Assembly: GCA_007376385.1 (NCBI GenBank)
Contig: VMGC01000001.1
Location: forward strand, 32,001 to 96,000
Reading direction: 5' to 3'
DNA length: 64,000 bases
Source of the DNA: Parcubacteria group bacterium Gr01-1014_8
GTDB lineage: Bacteria > Patescibacteriota > Minisyncoccia > Phycocordibacterales > UBA2100
The position numbers were made by a program, and so were the translations under genes. Each line of letters begins with the position of its first letter. The first letter of the stretch is position 1. Positions 7,588-16,683 of the stretch are shown in pieces. Under the pieces are notes generated by a model. The model saw only the letters and a list, made by a program, of their open reading frames with translations. It searched no databases and was not told where the DNA came from.

Positions 7588-10449
7588 ATGAAAAAGAAAC
7601 TTATTGTTGGCGTCTTACTTTTTGCGCTTATGCCTATCGCGGTGCTTGCGCAAACGAATGAAGAAAGGATCGCGAGTCTTCTTGCGCAAATAAATGCGCT
7701 CACTGCTCTCCTAGCCCAGATGCAGGGAAACACGCAAACTGCCCCGGCTGCCGGAACGTATGGAATTCTTCGCGGAATTCCATCGCTCGTGCTCACCCGA
7801 AATCTAGGGCCCGGCGATACGGGACCTGACGTATCGCGATTGCAAGCGCACCTCGCACTTGACCCAAATATTTATCCGGAAGGATTAGTGACGGGCGGAT
7901 ATCGCAACCTCACGACTGCTGCCGTCAGACGTTTCCAAATAGCGTGCAATATCATTTCATATGGTGACCCAAACACGACAGGATTTGGACGTGTCGGGCC
8001 GGTGACCAGACGCGCACTTCAGTACGGATGCGCTGGCACTCCAACCCCTATCCTGTATCCAACACCGACTCCTCCGCAATCTTCAATAGCCCCAACGTCG
8101 GGACAACCTCCACTGAACGTCGCGATCACTGCTTCGTTTCCCACCATTTCATGCGACGTCGCGGGCGGAGTGAACCAGATCTACCGGCTACAGCTTGGTG
8201 ATGGCACCTTCCAAGAGCTCTATGTATTCACACAAGGAAGAGTGAGCGGAGAGTGCGGGAGAGTCGTAACGAAAACGGTATACCACTTATATACAAAAAC
8301 CGGGACGCACACCGTCATGTTAGAAGAAATGGGTCCGACAGGGGAAGGAGGGTTCGCCGTTCTTTCATCAAAACAGATAGGAACGGTGCACGTGGGCGGT
8401 ACTGCCACACCAACGCCGCCGCCCGGCACATCATACGGCATCCAAGTGCGCCTCCAGAACGGAACGAGCGCGGTTGCTCGCGGCAACGCACTCCTCATCA
8501 ATTGGGACCCGACTGTCATTATTCCTCCATCAAACGCTGCGGTGCGACTCGAATTGAGGCGCGCATCCGACAACACGCTTGTCGGCGAAGGCGGTATCGT
8601 CAACGACCTTGCGATGAACGGCTCGTATGTGTGGAACGTCCCAGTATTCTCCTCTTCGTGCTCGCTTGGCAATGGCCAGCTGTGTTCCAACCAAATAATC
8701 GACAACCAAGACTACCATATACGCGCTGTGCTGTACCAGCCGCGCGGTTCTTGCTTCGGAACTGCATGCAACAATTCTCCAACAATTCTCGCTACAGGCA
8801 GAACTGATTCATTCACCATCCTGCCCACCGGAAGCGCGACTGGAGGAGCACTGCGCGCTAATCCGTCGTCCGGCTCATCGCCTCTCATGGTTTCGTTCAA
8901 TGCCGATGTAAACGCTACGGGTTCGTGTTCTGCGAGCACCAATTCAATTAACTTTGGAGACGGAAGTCTGTGGGAGAATCTGCAAGTCGCCGCAAATACA
9001 TGCAGGCCGCAGACGTTCGTTGTCAACCACACCTATACAGGAAACGCGACGTACACCGCGAAACTCTACAACGTCGCAAGCTCTTCCGTAACGAACAGCA
9101 CCAATCCGATCCACTCGACCACAATCACCGTTTCTGACGGCAGCGGCGCGGGTGGAATGGGCTCGCTTCTCGTGCACGCAGACGGCAGTGACGGCGCAAC
9201 GTCATTCCCGGATAGTTCATCGACAAACAACACGATCACGCGCAATGGGAACGCCCAAATAGATACTGCTCAATCAAAATTCGGCGGTGCGAGCGCGCTC
9301 TTCGACGGGAGCGGCGATTACCTGTCGGTTCCAGATAGCAGCAACTGGTATTTCGGTACCGGCGACTTCACGGTGGACTTTTGGCTTAGACTTAACGGTT
9401 TAGCGGCAACGAACGGTATATTTGGGCAAGGAAGCGGCAGTAATGCGTACCGAATGTATATCGCGTCAGACGGCAGCGTTGTCTTCCAAGTATGGAACGG
9501 CGGCGTAAACACGATCGTACTCTCCGCAGGAGCAGGCACGTTCTCAACCGGTTCGTGGTATCACCTAGCGCTTGTCCGCAATGGAAATTCATTCGCGCTG
9601 TACAAGAACGGTTCATCGATAGCGAGCGTATCCGACTCGGATGCAATGCCTGATTTCGCAGCGCCATTCACCATCGGCGCGTCGGACGGAACAAGCTTTG
9701 TATTGAACGGATGGATAGATGAATTCCGCGTCGTCAAAGGAAGCGCTGCATGGACATCAAGCTTCTCCGTGCCGACAGCTCCATACGGCAGCAATCCGGT
9801 GGTTGAAGGAAATTCCATCAGCTACAACAGTCCGGGTACATTCACATTCACGACTCCTTCTTCCTACAGTTCCATTACTGTGACGCTCTGGGGTGGAGGA
9901 GGAGGTGGAGGAGGAGGCAACGGTACAGTAGAAGGAAGTGGAGGAAATGGCGCAAACGGCGGTTCATCCACGTTCCAAAGTTTAGCGGCGGCAGGTGGAA
10001 GCGGCGGGAGTGGTGTTGTCGGTGGAGCAGGCGGTACAGCTTCCGGAGGCGATGCAAACACATCAGGAAACTCAGGCGGCAGTGCAAACGGCGTAACGAG
10101 CGGCGCAGGAGGAAGCGCGCCAAATGGCGGCGGAGGGGGGAGCGCGGTTACAAGCGGTAATGGCAATGCAGGCACCGCGCCCGGTGGTGGAGGAGGAGGT
10201 GGAGCATATGCAGGCGGCGGAGGTTCAGGCGGGTATGTACGCAAAACGTACTCATCGGGATCGCTGTCAACTAACTCCTCTGTCTCTCTCGCAGTGGGAA
10301 GTGGTGGTAGTGGAGGAGTAGGGGGTATATGTCATTATGGTGATTTACTCAAAGTCTGCGATCGAAGCGGCGACTGGCCTCCAAGCGGTGGAGATATGGT
10401 CTCTGGTGGCAGCGGCGCATCTGGACGAGTAACGATTACGTGGCAGTAA
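7588..10449 (+). CDS. large secreted surface protein, paralog 3: signal peptide + coiled-coil + PG-binding-like + LamG/concanavalin-like domain + Gly-rich C-terminal tail
   Basis: Start at MKKKLIVGVLLFALMPIAVLA. Helix 'RIASLLAQINALTALLAQMQ'. PG-binding-like segment 'LTRNLGPGDTGPDVSRLQAHLALDPNIYPEGLVTGGYRNLTTAAVRRFQ'. LamG-like segment 'LFDGSGDYLSVPDSSNWYFGTGDFTVDFWLRL...WYHLALVRNGNSFALYKNG...GWIDEFRVV'. The C-terminal roughly 180 aa are more than 50% Gly/Ser/Ala and end '...GRVTITWQ'. Confidence 0.65.
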   Translation: MKKKLIVGVLLFALMPIAVLAQTNEERIASLLAQINALTALLAQMQGNTQTAPAAGTYGILRGIPSLVLTRNLGPGDTGPDVSRLQAHLALDPNIYPEGLVTGGYRNLTTAAVRRFQIACNIISYGDPNTTGFGRVGPVTRRALQYGCAGTPTPILYPTPTPPQSSIAPTSGQPPLNVAITASFPTISCDVAGGVNQIYRLQLGDGTFQELYVFTQGRVSGECGRVVTKTVYHLYTKTGTHTVMLEEMGPTGEGGFAVLSSKQIGTVHVGGTATPTPPPGTSYGIQVRLQNGTSAVARGNALLINWDPTVIIPPSNAAVRLELRRASDNTLVGEGGIVNDLAMNGSYVWNVPVFSSSCSLGNGQLCSNQIIDNQDYHIRAVLYQPRGSCFGTACNNSPTILATGRTDSFTILPTGSATGGALRANPSSGSSPLMVSFNADVNATGSCSASTNSINFGDGSLWENLQVAANTCRPQTFVVNHTYTGNATYTAKLYNVASSSVTNSTNPIHSTTITVSDGSGAGGMGSLLVHADGSDGATSFPDSSSTNNTITRNGNAQIDTAQSKFGGASALFDGSGDYLSVPDSSNWYFGTGDFTVDFWLRLNGLAATNGIFGQGSGSNAYRMYIASDGSVVFQVWNGGVNTIVLSAGAGTFSTGSWYHLALVRNGNSFALYKNGSSIASVSDSDAMPDFAAPFTIGASDGTSFVLNGWIDEFRVVKGSAAWTSSFSVPTAPYGSNPVVEGNSISYNSPGTFTFTTPSSYSSITVTLWGGGGGGGGGNGTVEGSGGNGANGGSSTFQSLAAAGGSGGSGVVGGAGGTASGGDANTSGNSGGSANGVTSGAGGSAPNGGGGGSAVTSGNGNAGTAPGGGGGGGAYAGGGGSGGYVRKTYSSGSLSTNSSVSLAVGSGGSGGVGGICHYGDLLKVCDRSGDWPPSGGDMVSGGSGASGRVTITWQ
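9890..9918 (+). repeat. GGN trinucleotide repeat encoding a poly-Gly run
   Basis: ggggtggaggaggaggtggaggaggaggc encodes 'WGGGGGGGGG'. Further GGN-rich stretches lie at 10125-10141 and 10186-10204. Confidence 0.8.
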
Positions 10450-10464
10450 GAAAGGAATGCCAAA

Positions 10465-10500
10465 AACAAAAACCCGCATGTTCTGCGGGTCTTTGTTTTG
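10465..10500. terminator. bidirectional rho-independent terminator between convergent genes
   Basis: Stem CCCGCA (10473-10478), loop tgttc, stem TGCGGG (10484-10489). It is flanked by AAAAACAAAAA upstream and TCTTTGTTTTG downstream, so it presents a U-tract in both orientations. Confidence 0.6.
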
Positions 10501-10513
10501 CGAGTTACTAATA

Positions 10514-12190
10514 TTACGGACACACGAACTGACAGTTCGGTCCAGTGCGTCCTACCCATGTGCCGTTCGGACATTGCATGGCCTCCTGTGTGCAAGCGGT
10601 ATATATTTCACACTGACCTACGTAGAGAAATGCCGCGCCAGCTGCGTTCATGAAGCAACGATTACTGTATGTCGTCGGACCCGGTGTCGCTAACATGCAT
10701 GCAGGAATGGAATGACGACAGGCCGGCTCCGGCGGTTGACCGCATACCGGCGCATATTCACCGGTGCACGCCATACCGCCAGTCACATTAACCGTTGTTG
10801 AGGTCCTCGCTTCCTGCCCGGAAGCATTTCGCACAACGATCGTCACTGTATACACCCTCGCGAATGAATATGCGTGCGTGAATGTCGTCATTTGTACGAA
10901 CGGGCGTTCTGCCATGGATGCATTTGCAGGGATAGGATACGAGTTCTCGTCGCCCCACCGCACGCTATAGCTTAGCCGCTCATTTTCCGGATCCCATGCA
11001 TTCACATTCCACGTGCCGGTCGTATTCACGACGAGTGTCGTCGGGCCGGAGAAACCGGAAATAACGGGCGGTTTGTTGTTGGGAAATTCATCAAACCATG
11101 CCGTGCAGTACGGTGCTCTGTCGGGAGGAACAGTTCCCGGCGCCGGCGCGCACATCATCGCTACACAAATCGGCTCGCCTCCGGGAAACTCACGGTGGCA
11201 AGAGGTCCCGCATACTTTTCCATCGGTCCAGCGTTTGCACTGCGGATCGTTGGCAGGATCCTGCCAGCCTGCGCGGCACTCGCCTGCGTGCATGAATGAC
11301 GCGCCATCGGCTTCCATCATGCATCTGTTGCTGTATGTCTGTTGGATCGGATTGCACGGTGTCGTTATACAGACAATCGGTTTGGAACCGCACACAGGTT
11401 TATATTCTTTCGTGCACGCGACATCTCCGACATATACCTGGACTTTTCCTATAACTTCCCTGCTTATTGGCGCCATGCAACCTTGGGTTACTCCGCACGG
11501 GTTGCTTGTATGAACCAAGAGCGCCATGTAGGTACCATTGGATGTATACGTATGTGTGTTCGTCCCCGGTCTCTGACACCGATCTGTAGGCGCATAGCAA
11601 TTCGCTGCTGACTCGGTCGAACCATCACCGTACTCGATAATGTAATTATCTGCTGCTGAATGGAATCCGCTGATATTCGTGTAGAAGGTAACAGAAAGAG
11701 GAGCAGCGCCCCGTTGCGGAATAACTCTAAAATTCTCATTGCCCCCGCCGCCGCACCATATTCTGAGACGCTCACGCGACATGGGGCCGAATGCGCCGAT
11801 TGCCTGCACGCCTTCTGCTGCTTGCCACTTTGCCACCGCCTGGGTGGTCATGTGCCCAAAGTAGCCTGTCGCGTTCGCGGACAAATATCCCTGCTCATTC
11901 AAAAACTCCTGCAACGAACGAACGTCATCTCCATTCGTGCCTGTTGTCAAATTTCGAACGAGCACAGAACAGATACGATGCTTTGATGGCATAATCGAAC
12001 CTATAATGGGAGGAACTGGCGGCTGCCCGCGCAGTTCGTTCAGCTGTCTTGTGAGGTCCGCTATCTGGGCCATCAATCGCTGTACCTGGGACTGGAGATC
12101 ATCAACCGTGAGAGCTGAAACCGGCACAATACCGATGGAAAACACGAGCGAAGATGCGATGAGACCTCCTATGAGCGCCTTTTTAACCAT
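10514..12190 (-). CDS. secreted surface protein, paralog 4: signal peptide + coiled-coil + PG-binding-like + PKD-like domains + two Kazal-like Cys modules
   Basis: Start taken at M45 'MVKKALIGGLIASSLVFSIGIVPVSALT'. Helix 'LQSQVQRLMAQIADLTRQLNELRG'. PG-binding-like segment 'LVRNLTTGTNGDDVRSLQEFLNEQGYLSANATGYFGHMTTQAVAKWQ'. PKD-like segments 'APLSVTFYTNIS...YIIEYGDGS' and 'PPVISGFSGPTTLVVNTTGTWNVNAWDPENERLSYSVRWGDENS'. Kazal-like segments 'CTKEYKPVCGS...TYSNRCMMEADGASFMHAGEC' and 'CTGEYAPVCGQ...TYSNRCFMNAAGAAFLYVGQC'. Confidence 0.65.
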   Translation of the reverse strand: MVKKALIGGLIASSLVFSIGIVPVSALTVDDLQSQVQRLMAQIADLTRQLNELRGQPPVPPIIGSIMPSKHRICSVLVRNLTTGTNGDDVRSLQEFLNEQGYLSANATGYFGHMTTQAVAKWQAAEGVQAIGAFGPMSRERLRIWCGGGGNENFRVIPQRGAAPLSVTFYTNISGFHSAADNYIIEYGDGSTESAANCYAPTDRCQRPGTNTHTYTSNGTYMALLVHTSNPCGVTQGCMAPISREVIGKVQVYVGDVACTKEYKPVCGSKPIVCITTPCNPIQQTYSNRCMMEADGASFMHAGECRAGWQDPANDPQCKRWTDGKVCGTSCHREFPGGEPICVAMMCAPAPGTVPPDRAPYCTAWFDEFPNNKPPVISGFSGPTTLVVNTTGTWNVNAWDPENERLSYSVRWGDENSYPIPANASMAERPFVQMTTFTHAYSFARVYTVTIVVRNASGQEARTSTTVNVTGGMACTGEYAPVCGQPPEPACRHSIPACMLATPGPTTYSNRCFMNAAGAAFLYVGQCEIYTACTQEAMQCPNGTWVGRTGPNCQFVCP

Positions 12191-12360
12191 ACGAGAGAAA
12201 GAGTGATAAATAATGCCGTAATCATAACAGTTCTGTATGTGTAGACGCGCGTGGGGACATTCCCTTACGGACGGCGTAGAGCGAGCAAAATACAACAAAG
12301 AACTTTTGTATGTTCGAGCCAAGGAGTCCGAACCCTGTCATGTAACGCAGGATTACAGGG

Positions 12361-13737
12361 CTAGAATGTCAGATCTTCCGCCCAATTTGTGTGCGCGCAA
12401 TGTAAATTAATCGCCGTGTCCTCTTGTGCCATCGCACAAACCCCGGGGGCGCCAGCAAAATCTTTACAGATGAGCGAACCGGCTGTTGTTTTGACGGTTT
12501 TGGTTGACATGTGAGAACCACAGGACGAACCAACGAGAGCCATGTAGGTTTGCAATCCCGCCATAGTTGGATTGCTAGCTGGCGGGTAATGTGTCACACA
12601 ATTTGCGCCGGCGGCATCGCATCGATACCATTTGCCGATTACACATTTCAATGTTGGAACTGACATCGGCACACTGCCTTTGAAATACGGATCCGGAGAA
12701 ACGGTATTGCCGCTCGGTACGAGCTTGCTCCCCCAGGGAGTGATGCAGTACGTTACTCCTTCCGGAACAAATATGAGCGAACCCTCCTCGGGAACATCGC
12801 CGTCTGGAGCGGGCGGCTCTGAAATACATCCAGCCCCGCATGCAGGGTCAGAAGCGGCCACGACTTTCACTGTCACTGTTCCCTCTGCCTCTCCTCCCGA
12901 CATATCTCGCACTTTTACCGTAATAATATACGAACCCGTTGAGTAATACGTGTGCGTGAACGAACTTACGGACGAAAATACGCCTTCTCCTGCGAGTTTT
13001 TCGAGCGCATTAAGCGTTGAATTAGCTTCGCCCCATGATACGTGGAATGTGAGGCCGTCGCCATCCGGGTCAGTCGCTTTGATGGCCCATTTTCTCTCTA
13101 TTCCCGCCGCTATTGACGATGGCCCGCTGATATCATGAAGAACCGGCGGACGATTCGGCCCCTTTTGCGGTGCCGCACATTTCCAGGACGCGTTGCAGTT
13201 TTCGTCGTGTACTAATTCCCATTTTACACCGCAGCTTGCCGTCGGCGTTGTTGTCGCTACCGCAGGACAAACTGGCGTAGGCGTTGGAAGGAAAACGGGC
13301 TTCGGTGATAATTTTGCAAGGCATCTCTCCAGGATCTTCGCCCGTGTCCTAGGTCCCACAACGCCCCATCCGTTGAGACTCGGACTACCAAGCCACACGA
13401 TCCCGACATGTGCCTGCCAGTCTTGCACGGCTCTTTCTGTCAGCATCCCAAAAAAACCTGTTATCTCGACATTGAACACGCCTTCTTTTTTTAAGAAATC
13501 TTGCAAGGTCTTGACGTCATCCCCTTGAGATCCTCTCGTCAACGTTCGTGTAAATACCGGACATTGTGTTGCCGAAGGAGGAGCAGCTGGATCTTTAAGC
13601 TGATTTTGCAACAGAGCGATCTGCCCGAGCAATGCCTCTACTTGCGCCTGCATCTCCGGCACCGTGAGCGCCGCAGACACAAACGGAGAAGTGAGACACA
13701 CTGCAGCGACCCCGACAACAAAGGACAAAACACGCAT
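12361..13737 (-). CDS. secreted surface protein, paralog 5: signal peptide + coiled-coil + PG-binding-like + Ig/PKD-like + Cys-rich C-terminus
   Basis: Start at M9 'MRVLSFVVGVAAVCLTSPFVSAALT'. Helix 'MQAQVEALLGQIALLQNQLK'. PG-binding-like segment 'LTRGSQGDDVKTLQDFLKKEGVFNVEITGFFGMLTERAVQDWQ'. Ig-like segment 'PPVLHDISGPSSIAAGIERKWAIKATDPDGDGLTFHVSWGEANS'. Cysteine-rich tail. Confidence 0.65.
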   Translation of the reverse strand: MRVLSFVVGVAAVCLTSPFVSAALTVPEMQAQVEALLGQIALLQNQLKDPAAPPSATQCPVFTRTLTRGSQGDDVKTLQDFLKKEGVFNVEITGFFGMLTERAVQDWQAHVGIVWLGSPSLNGWGVVGPRTRAKILERCLAKLSPKPVFLPTPTPVCPAVATTTPTASCGVKWELVHDENCNASWKCAAPQKGPNRPPVLHDISGPSSIAAGIERKWAIKATDPDGDGLTFHVSWGEANSTLNALEKLAGEGVFSSVSSFTHTYYSTGSYIITVKVRDMSGGEAEGTVTVKVVAASDPACGAGCISEPPAPDGDVPEEGSLIFVPEGVTYCITPWGSKLVPSGNTVSPDPYFKGSVPMSVPTLKCVIGKWYRCDAAGANCVTHYPPASNPTMAGLQTYMALVGSSCGSHMSTKTVKTTAGSLICKDFAGAPGVCAMAQEDTAINLHCAHTNWAEDLTF

Positions 13738-13757
13738 GCATACAGTATGACTTCTCA

Positions 13758-14477
13758 TCAAATAGATTTTTTCCTTGCTGTGGATACGCGCGCGGCAAGC
13801 GCTAGTTCTGCGTACGGAATATCATCGGGACTCGTAATATGAAGTCGGAATGAGATCTCGACAGCAGTTAATGGAATTTTGAATGCCTTTGATGCAGCTA
13901 ACATTGTCTGCGGCAAGCCGTACTCCGTACGACCTTCTAAGAGCACTGGTTCTATTTCGAAAATGCGCGTATCAAGAACGTACAGCCCGACGCCCCCTAC
14001 ACCAGGCCCCCTCGTGTGCTTATCGGCCTCGATGATCTCCGTGATAGTGCCATTGGCATCGATATGCACGCTTGATGACATGTCTAATTCGGGCATGTGC
14101 ATTACGGCGAGAGCCCATTCTTGCTCAATACATTTTCTAACGTCTTCTTTTGTATGAATATCGTCCGCATTGGTCGCAAGAAATTTTCCTTTCAGAATTC
14201 CCTTTGCCTGCAAAAGTGCATCCATAGTTCCCCCCACGGGATTCTCTTGCTCAACGTACGTAATTTTCCTTCCGTTATAGGAATTGCCAAATTGCGCTCG
14301 TATCAATTCTTGCAAGTATCCGACGATGAGTATGACCTCGTCAACTTGATCAGGCAACGCATCAAATTTGTGCTCCAAAAGTGTCTTTCCAGATACTCGA
14401 AGGAGCGGCTTTGGGATATTTTTTGTTTTCTCCCCCATCCGAGTACCCCGACCGGCAGCGAGAATGACAGCCTGCAT
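13758..14477 (-). CDS. sugar-phosphate nucleotidyltransferase (NTP_transferase family)
   Basis: 'MQAVILAAGRGTRMGEKTKNIPKPLL' is the G-x-G-T-R nucleotide-binding signature of glucose-1-phosphate nucleotidyltransferases. Length 239 aa. Confidence 0.75.
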   Translation of the reverse strand: MQAVILAAGRGTRMGEKTKNIPKPLLRVSGKTLLEHKFDALPDQVDEVILIVGYLQELIRAQFGNSYNGRKITYVEQENPVGGTMDALLQAKGILKGKFLATNADDIHTKEDVRKCIEQEWALAVMHMPELDMSSSVHIDANGTITEIIEADKHTRGPGVGGVGLYVLDTRIFEIEPVLLEGRTEYGLPQTMLAASKAFKIPLTAVEISFRLHITSPDDIPYAELALAARVSTARKKSI

Positions 14478-14612
14478 ACGTACAGTCTATCCGAGTGCTT
14501 CAATTGCAGGAAGCATTCCTTTCCCCGCATCGACCTTTGGCTTGGCCAAAAATCCTAAATATTTTCGATATCGTTGACAAGACATAGCTGGTTCATGGGG
14601 CAGGCATTTATC

Positions 14613-15752
14613 TCAACCAAGCGCCTCAATAGCAGGCAGAGTACCCTTGAGCAAGTATTCCAACATCGCTCCACCTCCAGTCGAAAGAAAACCCAAATTC
14701 TCTTGTTTTATGCCGGCACCCTCTATTGCTGCTATGGTATCTCCCCCACCTATCACAACTGATGCTCCATCCGCAAATCTTTTCGCCGTTAACGCCGCAA
14801 CAGCGTGTGTCCACGACGTGTAGCCGTCCTCATACAATCCCGTAGGCCCATTCCAGAGAATGAAATTAGCTTTCTCGATGTATGGAGCAATAAGCGCGAG
14901 AGAATCGGGTCCGATATCAACGATTTTGTCGCCATCCTCGACTTGTTCAGGTTTTTTTGTTTGCGCCTGACCATCTTCTCGTTCGACAACGACATCAACC
15001 GGGGCAAGAAAACCAGGATGACTCAAAACTTCTTTTTCGGGCAATTGCGCTGAAATCCGAGACCGCCCAACCGGCAAGCCTCGCGCCTTGAATACATCGT
15101 TGGCAAGCGCTCCGGTAATGAATACATGATCGTATGTCTGCAGAAGTAACTTGATGAGAGGAGCCTTCGTTTCAAATTTTGCCCCCCCGAGAATCGCAAA
15201 CGATGGTCTTGTCGGCGTGCGAGCCTTCCTCAGAACTTCCAATTCCTCTTCGACAAGAAGCCCCGCATATGAGGGCATGAATTTCGGAACGCTGACGAGC
15301 GACGCATGCACACGGTGGTCGACGGCAAACGAGTCGTTCACATATATGTCAGCAAGAGATGCAAGTTCCTTTGCAAGCGACTCGTCGTTCTTTTTTTCGC
15401 GCGGATCACGGCGAATATTCTCAAGAAGGAGCACGTCTCCTTCCTTCATCTCCGCGATCGCTTCGCGAGCCGCATTACCAACAATATCTGGAACATAAAA
15501 TAAAGAAAAATGTTTCTTCATTGCACGGGCAACCGGTGCCATCGAATCTTCAATATCATTGCCAATATGAGAAAGCAAGATGACTTTCGCACCTTTTTCC
15601 GAAAGGTATTGGATCGTCTGCCATCCGCGCTTTGCACGAAAAAGATTGGAGACCTCGCCCGCTGCATCAAGCGGAAGGTTAAGATCTGTGCGCACCAAAA
15701 CGCGCTTTCCTTTCAATTCGCCCTGAGGAATATCGTTGACGGTTTTCATCAT
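14613..15752 (-). CDS. pgk: phosphoglycerate kinase
   Basis: 'KRVLVRTDLNLP', 'AILGGAKFETK', 'VIGGGDTIAA' and 'STGGGAMLEYL' are all present. Length 379 aa. Confidence 0.95.
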   Translation of the reverse strand: MMKTVNDIPQGELKGKRVLVRTDLNLPLDAAGEVSNLFRAKRGWQTIQYLSEKGAKVILLSHIGNDIEDSMAPVARAMKKHFSLFYVPDIVGNAAREAIAEMKEGDVLLLENIRRDPREKKNDESLAKELASLADIYVNDSFAVDHRVHASLVSVPKFMPSYAGLLVEEELEVLRKARTPTRPSFAILGGAKFETKAPLIKLLLQTYDHVFITGALANDVFKARGLPVGRSRISAQLPEKEVLSHPGFLAPVDVVVEREDGQAQTKKPEQVEDGDKIVDIGPDSLALIAPYIEKANFILWNGPTGLYEDGYTSWTHAVAALTAKRFADGASVVIGGGDTIAAIEGAGIKQENLGFLSTGGGAMLEYLLKGTLPAIEALG

Positions 15753-16501
15753 GAATTTCCAACTGCTTGTAATAGATGCGCAAATTCTACCGCGTTGATG
15801 CTGGCGCGCCCCACAAGAAGTCCGTGAACATCACCATCTTGAAGCATCGCTCCGGCGTTCGTGGCATCAATGGAACCCCCGTAAAGAATTTTCATCTTAT
15901 GTCCCTCTTGCCCGTATGAATCCACGATGGTTTTTCTGATGAAAATCGACATTTCGTGCATGCTGCGCGGGTCCATTGTTTTATCCGTACCGATCGTCCA
16001 GAGCGGTTCGTACACAATGACCACTTTTCCCAATTTTATGGCAGGGACATCAGTGAACGCAACGCGGATCTGTTCGGCAATAAGCGGAAAATAATCGCCG
16101 CTTGCAGTTCTCTTGGTTTCCCCGACGCACAGAACCGGTATGAGACCGTTTGCAAGCGCAGCGCCGACTTTCTGTCTCGTATCGTCATTTGTTTCTCCTC
16201 GTGCCCGTCGTTCCGCATGCCCGATAAGTACGTACCCCGCTTTTGCATCACGCACTTGTTGTATCGAAATCTCTCCCGTATGTGCCCCGCCTTCCTCAAA
16301 ATGTGCGTGCTGAGCAGCAAAGAGAATACGCCGCGAGCGTGATAAACGCCTCAATTCTCGCAAAAAAAGAGACGGCGGAGCTACGACAAGGGATACATTG
16401 GCTTTTTCTGCGGATTTCTTGGTCGCTTCGAGCAGCAATTTTGCTTCGCGAAACGTCGGTGGGTTCATCTTCCAATTCGCGATCACCAGACACTTCGACA
16501 T
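15749..16501 (-). CDS. tpiA: triosephosphate isomerase
   Basis: 'LVIANWKMN', 'GHAERR', 'VIVYEPLWTIGTDKT' and 'ILYGGSI' are present. Start taken at internal M38; the ORF extends further upstream. There is a 4-nt overlap with pgk. Confidence 0.9.
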   Translation of the reverse strand: MSKCLVIANWKMNPPTFREAKLLLEATKKSAEKANVSLVVAPPSLFLRELRRLSRSRRILFAAQHAHFEEGGAHTGEISIQQVRDAKAGYVLIGHAERRARGETNDDTRQKVGAALANGLIPVLCVGETKRTASGDYFPLIAEQIRVAFTDVPAIKLGKVVIVYEPLWTIGTDKTMDPRSMHEMSIFIRKTIVDSYGQEGHKMKILYGGSIDATNAGAMLQDGDVHGLLVGRASINAVEFAHLLQAVGNS

Positions 16502-16683
16502 GCGAAGGATTGTAGCATGCGACACTTCACTTACTTCGCTACGTGACATGAGTTCGAAAGGGGCCGGGAAAACTACAGTTTTCCCGTCGAGAAGAGCAGC
16601 GAGTCCGCACATGTGGCGGACGGGCGTTGAGAACCTTCGGTTCTCAATGTGAAATTCCGCAGGTAAATCCGTGGAATTTTACA

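Noticed and set aside
8253-8807. 184-aa Arg-rich ORF in an alternative frame of the 7588-10449 gene
   Set aside because: Composition is extremely Arg-rich, which is typical of an out-of-frame reading of a GC-rich gene. There is no start context.
9864-10244. 126-aa minus-strand ORF encoding poly-Pro/Ala ('PPPPPPPGAVPALPLP...')
   Set aside because: It is the mirror image of the GGN-repeat region (NCC reads as Pro on the opposite strand). It lies fully inside the well-supported plus-strand surface-protein gene.
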